NCBI GenBank assembly: GCA_977030845.1
Contig: OZ365115.1
Coordinates: 3,286,001-3,319,000 of the forward strand
Direction: 5' to 3'
Origin: Fimbriosthenelais zetlandica
Taxonomy: Eukaryota
DNA length: 33,000 bases
Both the position numbers and the translations under genes were made by a program. This document shows, one piece after another, positions 23,441-33,000 of this stretch; the first letter of the stretch is position 1; each line of letters starts with the position of its first letter. The notes under the pieces are model-generated. The model saw only the letters and a list, made by a program, of their open reading frames with translations. It made no database searches and was not told the origin of the DNA.

Positions 23441-23909
23441 ATACAATTAACAATGCCTAACCAAATTGGTTTGGCTAATCTGTTGGTGTAATTACGTACC
23501 AGTTTCAAACCTGGTACACAGCACATTGTTTTTCATTGTCAATGGTAGTATTTTTGGTTGATTATTGCCACATTGTAAGTAAGTCCTTGTATTTTAACCT
23601 ACAATATATGGCATGTCTTTTTCCTTGCATGTTTCCATGTAATACACAAGAGCATGATGTTCTACCATTAGTCAGTAAATCCTAGAGGGCGAAGCGCGGT
23701 TGAAGATTTTGAACAATTAATTCGACATTAGGCTACATTTTAGCTGGCCCATACAGTTCTAATCCATATTCATAAATAAGACTTTAGCGCGGTGGCAGGC
23801 ACCTTCTATGTTCATATCAACTATTCTCTCGCCGTGATCATTTTTGTCAGGCACAGTTACCTGCCATCGCTTATCGCGTGACGTCAGTGTCGTAAAATCC
23901 TCGACTAAC

Positions 23910-24002
23910 CCGATTTTCGGCTGGCGAGGTGTCCCTGTGGGTTGCCGTCATTGTAATCTCGCTGCAGGAGGAAGGTTCGGTAGAGACGAAGAGTGGGATC
24001 AT
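23910..24002 (-). CDS. Internal coding exon A of an unidentified multi-exon gene (x-DPTLRLYRTFLLQRDYNDGNPQGHLASRKS-G)
   Basis: Acceptor ggctgttgcag|AT and donor G|gttagt. 93 nt = 2+90+1, stop-free and CpG-rich. Ends in phase 1, matching exon B. Confidence 0.7.
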
Positions 24003-24214
24003 CTGCAACAGCCACTTTTTTCACGAGAAGCCAAAGCCAATTGAATATACAGCTAAGAGATAACGGTAGCATCATCCGAGTAGAATATATAGGAATAGGG
24101 TAAAGATAAGTATGATTCTATAGGGCTATATATCTACTGATCTACGGATGTATTTTTCCAATATATATGTGTTTGAGATCAAGATGGTATCAATATAGAA
24201 TGGACATTGTAAAT

Positions 24215-24286
24215 AGATAGGGCCATAGTGGTCACTTTGACTATCAGAGATAGGGCCATATTGGTCACTTTGACTATCATAGATAG
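24215..24286 (+). repeat. 33-bp tandem repeat x2.2
   Basis: agatagggccata(g/t)tggtcactttgactatca(g/t) occurs twice. Confidence 0.95.
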
Positions 24287-24782
24287 TATAAATATCCTAG
24301 GTATTGATTGGTATCAGAGATCCCATATTCTATCTATATTCTAGTACCAATAGAATGGCTGGATCCGGGAAACTCAAAGCAATTGCTTTGATAACATCCG
24401 AATTATGATCCCGGGTTAGCAGGATATTGATCTGGATGTTTTAGATGACGTCTGGCAGCTTGAGGGTGGAATAGTAGGAAGATACCATAAAACTAATACC
24501 TCACAGGGACGAGCTGCGTCTCCAAGTGTGAGAGGTCTATAATGATGATAGCGGTGATTGCGGGCAATATGGTAGTTGGTGGTGGATTTATGGTAGATAA
24601 AAAGCCGGGGAGGAAGTGAAATAGGGGATATGGATTGAGAGGGGAAGGTTCCTTCATAGTGGACGCTTAGGTCGCGGTCGGTTCTTTCATCGTAAGTGAT
24701 CAGGGGCGATCTTGGATTATTTCCCACCTTTCCGGGACTAAGTGAAGCAATGAATCAAGAGCCCGTAGTCCACTCAATCTGG

Positions 24783-24822
24783 CAGAGTGGATTCAGTATC
24801 CACAGAGTGGATTCAGTATCCA
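24783..24822 (+). repeat. Perfect 20-bp tandem repeat x2
   Basis: cagagtggattcagtatcca occurs twice. Confidence 0.95.
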
Positions 24823-25849
24823 CCGTCCTTTATATGATGTTCCAAGTGCTCTCACACACAACTAAAAAATCCCTCCCACAGGCTTTTTCTTTCAACCACG
24901 AAGCAATCAATAGAAAAAGTCCATTGATCTCCTTTGGTATTTAGAGAATTCCAATATTCAAAACATTACAGGCCAGTGAAGGCAACTCTTGGAAATAGAA
25001 AGCGTTGGGGTAAACTGCTTATAAATGTAGGCAGTGGTTGTGGAGGGGGGATGGCACAGTGGTGGGCTCATCGCCACTCTCAATATTCCCAGAGCACTTC
25101 AACACTTCACTAGATCCCAAGGTCATTTAAAGCGTTTTTACCACATGCTGTTTCATTGGATAAACAAGCCTGAATCTATCCCAATAGATTATTCTCCAAA
25201 AAGCTTTTGTCATTTTTTCCTTACATGAATAGGAGAGTTTGAGTAGTAGGTTGAACTGTCTGGAATAGTTAAAAGCCTGTATGGATTATTTTAAACATTA
25301 AAGTTAGTCATAAATTCAAGATTCAAGTCCGGGTTATTAAGTTTAATCTTTTGAATTTTAAAATTAAAATCTCGATATGGTTGTTGAGCTGGAATCCAGA
25401 TGAAAAATTTGTGGGAGAAAAATAAAATCGAGAATGGAAGCAGATAAGAATGTATATGGCCCAATACAAGATAAGGTTGATCTATGTGGCGCATGGACTG
25501 AGGACTACACGGATCTTACATGGGATCATTGTAACCCATGGCAGGCTCAGGACGGGATCTAAGTACTGGAGGGTGGTAAAGGTTTGGCCACGGCTTGTGA
25601 TTTTAATCGGTTCACACTTGCCTGACAGGGCGAGGGTGCCAAGCATTATGTCTACGCGCTATCAGGACATGTTGGCTAATTCCAATGTCCAGATGTGTAT
25701 CTCCTATCAGAGAGGGCGCGCCAGATAGTTAAGTGGTCATCAAAACAGATTTAGCAAGTATGTTGATCCTAGCGTACATGGAGACGAAGACTTGTATGTT
25801 TTGATTGAGGATGCTTCCATTGGATCTATGTATAGGCAGACATAATATA

Positions 25850-26540
25850 TTCCATAGATCGATCCAAGGACTCCACTTTTGCTTTGGTTTTCTATTTATT
25901 TGGTATGACAAACATCTAATACTGAATAAATACTTACGCACTTTGTTTTTCTACTAGATAATGCACTATAATAATATAGTTGATATTCTGACTATATAGA
26001 TCTTCATCAAGATCTTTCAAATGTATAGTAATTTACTTAAATCCAGTTGGTATTTCACTTCATGTATATTAAATCCAAAGATATCACCTCTCTTAATAAT
26101 TCATATCCTTTCACAGTCCTAAGATAATCCTATAATTTATTCACAGGTTTTTTTCTTATCCAATTCTCAGTTTCCAATGGCGTAACCTCCAAAATGATGT
26201 CACTATTACAGTCACTTGCACCACCTGATTTTCACCAGAGCACGATTTATCTATTTCTGGGAAACCACGCCAAAAAGTTATGCAACAAAAAAGTGCGCAT
26301 TTCCTTCAAAGGCTCAAATTTACGACACAGACTTCATAAGAAGTCTAAAAGCACTTCTTCTAAGTATTTCCACTTTTTCTAAGTATTTCTTTGGTACTTT
26401 TCAATCTTCAAACCATCTGAGTGAGGCATTCAGCAATGTTAAAGTGATGTCCCATTGTTCACTTTTCATCCATTATAGTGCGAGGCAGTCTTGCTCAGCA
26501 ACTGCTCACCCCCACCTCCACGAACTGCTCGCTCCAACTC
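25850..26540 (-). mobile_element. Decayed 3' end of an L1/Tx1-clade LINE ORF2
   Basis: Broken frames give, in the expected order, KKWKYLEEV, MRTFLLHNFL, LDEDLYSQNINYIII and SYQINRKPKQKWSPWIDLW. These resemble the (Q)FKILH...INYIIL...KW.PW C-terminal pattern of L1-clade ORF2. Many stops and frameshifts; motif comparison is from memory. Confidence 0.55.
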
Positions 26541-27694
26541 CCCCCAAAATGCTCACTCCCCTGTCTCCTTGATTTACTCCAGAGTGTGAGAGTCCATGGG
26601 TAGATGACCAGAAGCCCAGAGTCGGAGTAGATTAGATAGCCAGGTGATGTGGGTGGGGGAGGTAATGTTTGTGACCACCACTGGACCTTGGGTTGAGGTG
26701 GTTTGACTACCCATTCCCCATCTCCCCGGGTTTTGGAGGTATTGGGGGGTTGAGTAAGTCCTTGTTTGGTGACTACCTATCGCATCCAATCTCGTAATCC
26801 GGATTCTTGTCGTCTCCAAGGGCACACTCCCCACCCCTGTCATCCTTACAAAATCACTGAAAATCCTTTAAACTTTTTCTATCCACTCCGGTTTGATTTA
26901 AGCGATTAGATCCAGAAAAATGATAATCCAAAGGTGGGTCCGAAGTATCCAGGTGGATGAAATGGTTTGGATAGGTAGAAAATGTCAAATTGATGTTAGA
27001 AAGTGTGTTCCGGGGATATGAATGACTGGTGGTGTTAAGGTGGCTGTGATGGAGGGAGGAGGTGGGTGGTGGTGGTAGCGGTGGTGGTGGTGCCACATGA
27101 CTATCTCCCTCACCGTGCTAATGCTTTGAGGTAGGGTAAAATTCCTCCAGTGAGAAGGGGACACACAGGAGCTGCAGGCGCGGCGGATCCAGACAAGACT
27201 CTACCATCTGCAGCACCAGGAGAGAGGGACAGGAGGAGGGAGGTAGTGGTGAAGGTTCCACTGACGCAGATTGCATGATTGTGACTTCACGCTACACTTC
27301 CCACTACCCACATACTTTATATACATCACAGATCAATACTGATAAAGTAAAATAGAGTTTAAAGTTTTTAAGGAATGTACAAGTGCTCAGAAGAAATCAT
27401 TTCCATTGAATTATAAAACAGTATAGTAAGATTCAGTATTTTCCCAGGTGATCCATAGAGTATTGCAAGTAATGTATCCTTGTCCTGAAAACTATGATAT
27501 ACAAATTACGACTGGCAACAGATTGCAAGACAATTTTTACAATGTTCATGTAGTCGCCAACCGCAGAAAACATTCACGATTTGGTGAAAAGTATTTGCAA
27601 TCATTTAGAAACCACCAAAGATGGAAACTGGAAGACGTCTGGGGTAACTCAGACCTTTTTCTGCTGACAAACTTGTACTAAAGAAGCTTTAAAG

Positions 27695-27733
27695 CCACTA
27701 CTGCGATTTTGCTTGTGACTACTGCGACAAAGG
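27695..27733 (-). repeat. Partial inverted copy of the same repeat family
   Basis: Reverse complement cctttgtcgcagtagtcacaagcaaaatcgcagtagtgg matches 2790-2830 and 11175-11212. Confidence 0.6.
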
Positions 27734-30700
27734 TCATAGACAGCAACAAGGACCAGCTATCTACAACAAAATCGCAACACTCGCAAGGCAAAGGAACCCC
27801 ATTAGCACTCATTGAGGAACCAACCCATTCAGGGAATGAGGGTTTCAAATGATTCATGGTTTGGCTACGCACCTGATTTGTCTAATCAACTGATTCAATT
27901 TCGGTCTATTGACCTGATTCAATTCAGACTTGTTTCAAATTTAGGTTCAAGGCATTCCCACTGCCTCCCTCCTCAAGGTGAAGGCATGTTGTGTACATTC
28001 ATATCATCTAGAGAACTTCAGTCCTGCACATGGAGATTTTTGTAGTAACCAACTCTTCATGTTGATATAAAGTTTCTTAATAAAACAATCATACTTCATA
28101 AAAAAAGTACAGTGTTCTTATCCCAAATGCTAATCCACCGTTACTTTAGAATTTGAGATTTCATCCTCAGATTAGGAATTGACGGTGGTTTGACAGTGTT
28201 TGGTTTACAGTGTAGAATTATTGCTGCCTGAGAGCCCATGTATAGGGAGACCACGTCCCTGAACCCCCCTCAATGCGGGCCGTGCAGGTAGGACGAACCA
28301 ATCCAATTAGAAAACATCCAAAAGCTCCAAGTTCACTCAGCAGAACTAAAACTTCCTTTGAAATAAAATTCCAGAAGCTGTCTCCTTCAAGATCTTCAAT
28401 CTCAACCCAAAATACTGCGGGGTGACCCTGGATATTGAATCAGCGACCTCAACTCTTTTATATTTTAGCCAGTTTTCAAATCATTCCTTCTCCTACAGTT
28501 GTAGAAATCTTAGGCAAATGCAATGGTTTCATATTAGAAATATGGAAATATTAGGCATTGCTAAATGTATTCTGGATTACACATTTTGCTTAAATCTGCA
28601 TAATTATAGGTCAATATATATATGTCAGTCTGACTTAGATTCATGAACTTTGACCCAGATTCAAGGTTGGGCATTGGTTCTGAAATTCTGGGAAATCAGA
28701 TTAGGTCTTACACAGTTGAAACTAGGAATGTGACCCATGTACAAGAAAAAGATACATGATAGAGGCACTTTAAGAGGGCATCAATTACAGGCTAGTCATA
28801 GCCTCTCCCACCCTGAGTCAGAAGATTTAATTAATCGTTTTCTTTTAATTTTATTTGTTTTTAGAAGAAAAAATAAAAGGCAGTCTGAGAGTGAGGTGAG
28901 GTGATTAGGGCCTATAGCAGCAGAACCTTGATTATGAAGAGGGTGATAAAAAGTTAATTAAAACATGGAGGGAGTAGGCCTGTATAAAGAAACCCGGCTA
29001 ATGCTTATTTGCTATAGTAGAACACGCAAACGTTATATTGAAAAGCCATTATACCGGCGAGCCATTGAGAAGTACATACACATAAAACAGATCATTTTAA
29101 TTTAGTTTTAGGATTATTTAAAGAGGTCATAATTATTATTATACGTTTGCCAGTAGTCGTTTAAATGGGGTTTAACGTTACTTTTATTATTATATGGTGA
29201 TATAAATTGTATTTAACATCAAAACATCCTGGGATTTTAAATTTTAATGCGACACAAAAACAGAAATTAACTAAAGAAAAAGTCCTTCAAGAGGGAGGTT
29301 TCCATGGGCGCAACATCTTGGGAAATTGATTTCTTTGTACATACTGTATTTTTAAAAATCCCCAAAAGTATTAGAAAAATCCGAAAATCCTTCATTCACA
29401 GATGAGTGGTTTTCTGGATTTATTCCAGATTAGGTTTATTTAAAAATCAAAGTAATAAATCCCCTCAGTGTTAAACAGGATCAGCATTTACTCAATGTAA
29501 GGGAGTTAGGGTGGAGGGTGGGGGCTGGGTGGATGGATTGATTTGGGAAAAAAAATCTACCAATAAACCACCCAGTAAAGAGCAAATATTGGATCTTATC
29601 AGGAGACGCCTCTTCATGAAAAACGGTTTTCCCTCATGCTTGGTTGAATAACGAAACCAAATTCATTTAATGATTTCAAAAAAAGTGTGAGGGAGGTCTC
29701 TGGGCAATATATTTAGTTTAAACGGCTTTCTCAACCGCCTGTGCCACAGTGAAGTGTGCTGCTTCTTTCAGCACAGAAATTTTAAAAAGTTATTCATGTT
29801 TTACAAGTTATATTCCTAATTTAATCAAGAACCTAATTTGTAAGCATCCACTTTCTTCGGAACAACTAAGGTTATTCACTGTCATGACAGTGTCATCTTT
29901 TTAGTCGGTTAGGCTAATTCAGCTACAGTAACTCAAGACAAATGAATCTTGACCCATTTCTGAAGTAAGGAGGTACTATGCACTAAAATATGGTCATTTA
30001 ATAGCACTATATGTCAAGTATGTCAGACAGTACCAGACCTAAGTCATAACCTAACCATCAAGTGCAATAGGGTTGAAATATGTCGTACAAATTGACTACA
30101 TCGAGAGCTTCATATTTCGATGCTAGTTCCCTATATTAGCATTCTCTATCAAATCAGAAAACCATAAAGGAACTCAGTGCATTTGATTCCAAGCACCCCA
30201 CAATCCCATTCCAATATTTATGGTACCCCTTAAGCAGCTAATTTTCTCAGAACCCATTTTCCAGATCTTTATGTCTTGTTCAATAATGGAACATAATACG
30301 ACCAAGTGAGTGCAAACCCAAGTAGCGCTCTCCATAACAAGGTCCCTGAGGACCGGCAGATTGGAGGGAAGCTACAAAGGCAGCACAGCAGGTCTGACCT
30401 CTATCTCAAGGTCAAAGACTCCGGAGTGAAAAGAACTCATTTTAGTGGATTATTCCAGATAAAGGAACCATCAGACTACCTTTAATTCAGCCTAACCCTT
30501 TCTTTCATAACCATATGGACCTAAACAACCTTAAGCCCTCTTTCCACTGCGTCGTTTTCCTGCCCCTGGTCAGCTTGGCCCATTAATAACCCACGAGCAA
30601 TTGTGCTGCATTGTACAAGAATGCATTGGTGGATATGGGCCTTGAGTGGTTACACATTTTGGGTGTAGAAGGTTGCACCAATGGCAATTCAGAGTAAGTG

Positions 30701-31640
30701 AGTGCAAGGAGTGATATGTCTGAAATCTTCAGACGTCTCTTTGTAAATTAAAGACATTGTTGTCTCTATATTGGATGTGTGTCATACGGACCAATGACGT
30801 CATTCTAGAGAAATTCAAATTTGTCTCATACAAAATAGTGCAATAGGTAAAACAAATATTTCAAAATTCCTATTGGAATCAAGATAGAGGTACAACATTA
30901 TAAGCATGATATTAGCCATGTTGGGCATGAGTTAGATGAGTGTAGCCAGCACTTTGATGTGTACCTCTTGTAAGCTAGCAATCACCATGGAAACATGGCG
31001 TCATGGAAACAGGGTCAAGAACCTACATTCACCAATCAGTGTCCAATCAGGGGACTTGTTAGAGCTGACAAGAGTCGGCAGAATCATGGTTAGATCACAT
31101 AGAATCATGACCAGGCCGTCATTAGATCATGATTTCTAATGCTGGTTTAATGAAGACCATTGGAGTAAAGTGGAGGGGATGTTTAAAGAAAATCTGTTGT
31201 CATTAGATCACAGGCAGATCATTTTGAATGCTGCATGTTTTTTCTTGAAGCAAGCCCCGAGAAGGGATGGAATTACAACTAAATGCCTGAAGTAGCTTCA
31301 CTTTTTGGGGAATTTAAAACTGGAACTGGAAAATTTTAATGGGGTTAATATTTTGTGTAACATCAGTGAGAAATTGGTCGGAACGAGTATGGCACACGTT
31401 GTCTGCAGAAAATCCTTATATTATATCTAATGAGTTCTGTTCAGATATCCTTCTTTGTCATTGCAGGATTGTATATATCCCCTCATTCATTTTTGATTGT
31501 GCCTCACTCATTCAGTTTACCATTCTTGGTCATTCATTCCGTCATTCATTTGCTTATTCATTGCATCGTTGACACCTGCTTTCATTAATGACTTATTTAC
31601 ATACATGATCAAAGACATGCTAATCACGGGTGAAACATGC

Positions 31641-31737
31641 ATGGCCCTCCTACTAATCCCCCACTAACGTATGGATGGGAGAGGGCCCTTATCTGGGTAA
31701 TAAGGCCCTTTCACAAGGCCCTTCCACTGGCCCTCAC
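31641..31737 (+). repeat. Short GGCC-rich cluster resembling 6725-7450
   Basis: Five ggccc(t) motifs in under 100 bp, including aaggcccttt and aaggcccttc. Confidence 0.5.
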
Positions 31738-32461
31738 TCTGACAATACAACCACAACGCCCTCACACCACATCCATCAAGATCAGGAGGTGCCCCCTTCA
31801 CAGCTTCACCCCTGGCTAGGGGCTCCTGGTCTTGTTGGTTCTCCGCCCTGTTTTATCACAATCCGCTCTGCCTGTGTAAACTTGGTTGGTTTTTAGTGGA
31901 GGGAACAAGGACCAGGACTAGAATGGAATGGTTAAAGATGCCAGGATGGACAATGTTTCATGATAGAAGGGTTAAACTATTCATGTAGTATGCTGTCATT
32001 ATATCTTACACATCAGATATCAGCTATCCCTATTTTGTTTAGATTTTGGCTAACCAAACAATCAACCGATAGGAACAAGATTTTTCATTTTGACATTATG
32101 AATCATACATGGGATCATGGCATTTTCTTACTATAGCCACTTGATTTTTCAATCGATTCCAACTGCACATTCCAATTAAATGATATTTTAACTGTCACTG
32201 GTCATGATATGGACCATAGGCTTACTTTATTGAAAATGGTAGTGTTCCTAGGTTTTACAACGACCAAAGGCAATTACAACGCAACAAGTAGGAGACATGC
32301 TGCGCAAGACGGTTTCTCTACTTGAACGGCAGCAATGGTTTTTTGACATGCCTCTCACTGCAGGCAGTGGGGACATGGCCTTGTACAGACCTCTCATTAG
32401 AGGCAGTGAGAGACATGTACCTGGATTTTAAGGGCGCAGTATTGGTGAAGGACAATGACAA

Positions 32462-32505
32462 TATTCCCCTGAAGAAGACCAACTCGGTCGAAACATTTAG
32501 GGATA
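32462..32505 (+). ncRNA. Minimal type-I hammerhead ribozyme-like motif (Penelope-type CUGAAGA core)
   Basis: tattccc-CTGAAGA-a-GACC-aactc-GGTC-GAAA-catt-TA-gggata. Both core boxes are present, with a 4-bp stem II, a 1-bp stem III with a CATT loop, and stem I tccc/ggga extendable by a bulge. Confidence 0.6.
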
Positions 32506-32587
32506 ACCCTTCTACTGTCATCAGATATTTTCCAGCTGATGTGCACTTAAGAAGTTCCTCCTTATGTTCAAAAATTGTACAATGCTT

Positions 32588-32649
32588 GGGGAATTGAACC
32601 CGGGACCTCCAGCATTCAAGTCCAGCATTCTACCACTAAAGCCATGGTC
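32588..32649 (-). mobile_element. tRNA-derived SINE head or tRNA pseudogene
   Basis: Minus strand gaccatggctttagtggtagaatgctggacttgaatgctggaggtcccgggttcaattcccc contains pol III A-box (TGGCTTTAGTGG) and B-box (GGTTCAATTCC) motifs at tRNA spacing. A full cloverleaf does not form. Confidence 0.65.
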
Positions 32650-33000
32650 TGTGTCTAGAGATGGAGACACTACTACACATGGAAATTTGGCCAGCATTCA
32701 GCCTACCCAAACACGACCAAGCTTATAGTTCCCCGCTCCCCATCCACCCATCATGTATAAATCATAAGCCATTGACATCTTGTATCGGATTGAGGTTGTC
32801 ATAGCAACCTTTGTATTGAGCCCATTGGGTGTCCTTGAATCTCGAGGTAATTGTGCCACGGGCGTAGTTTGAACCACTTTATGTCATATTGCATGGATTA
32901 TTTCATCTCACAGTTCTAATTTAATATCCCAGTGGGTCTGGATCTTGTTCATTTCAGGAGATTTCTAATAATGAGCCTACAATGCTTGTTCATGGTATAT

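Noticed and set aside
23855-23909. Stronger-looking donor ggcag|gtaact for exon A
   Set aside because: Extending to it introduces a stop in each possible frame, so the gttagt donor was preferred.
19775-24740. Shared 14-mer acctttccgggact between about 19780 (-) and 24727 (+)
   Set aside because: A few 14-mer matches are expected by chance in 33 kb on both strands, and the flanking similarity is not collinear.
25100-25190. FLENNLL...GKNALNDL resembling an APE endonuclease end motif
   Set aside because: Key residues are absent, and another frame fits an L1 C-terminus equally poorly.
27700-27790. CDYCDKGHRQQQGPAIYNK resembling a Gypsy gag zinc knuckle
   Set aside because: The DNA is an inverted copy of the non-coding tttgtcgcagtag repeat family, and the remaining Cys/His ligands are missing.
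32322-32597. 91-aa + ORF and 67-aa - ORF
   Set aside because: They overlap the hammerhead, hairpin and SINE head, have no convincing splice sites, and contain no recognisable domain.

Overview
This window is AT-rich metazoan genomic DNA with spliceosomal introns, microsatellites and decayed transposons; the repeat style suggests a marine invertebrate, possibly an echinoderm (inference only). It is not prokaryotic, and most ORFs in the supplied track are low-complexity or chance frames. The main functional feature is part of a multi-exon protein-coding gene on the minus strand. Five GT-AG exons (23910-24002, 20739-20841, 16635-16766, 14855-14999, 10610-10714) join with matching phases into about 192 uninterrupted codons: DPTLRLYRTFLLQRDYNDGNPQGHLASRKSGTIEVEELQENASKRSQEENIARLVRGFRTSEGALLTQYGNRCDWLKDDKFLRDLEGDSVDTEILDEELRSLQEDEPQTFYLTLPLLELSLPSLTEKKSQGKCCEDSIEYSLRFLCWLSEVSKHSQNRAKAMLAIDRWLPGETTGSPLGVGTMKPRGFLQAG. 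A sixth, phase-compatible exon may lie at 3499-3732. I could not identify the protein. The introns and flanks hold decayed L1/Tx1-like and possibly Penelope-like fragments, a tRNA-derived SINE head, a 151-bp MITE with a 5-bp target-site duplication and a telomere-like core, a TTAA-anchored repeat family with a head-to-head pair, and many tandem repeats. The most striking non-coding signal is a minimal type-I hammerhead ribozyme motif of the Penelope type at 32462-32505. No prokaryote-style system (CRISPR array, operon) is supported.
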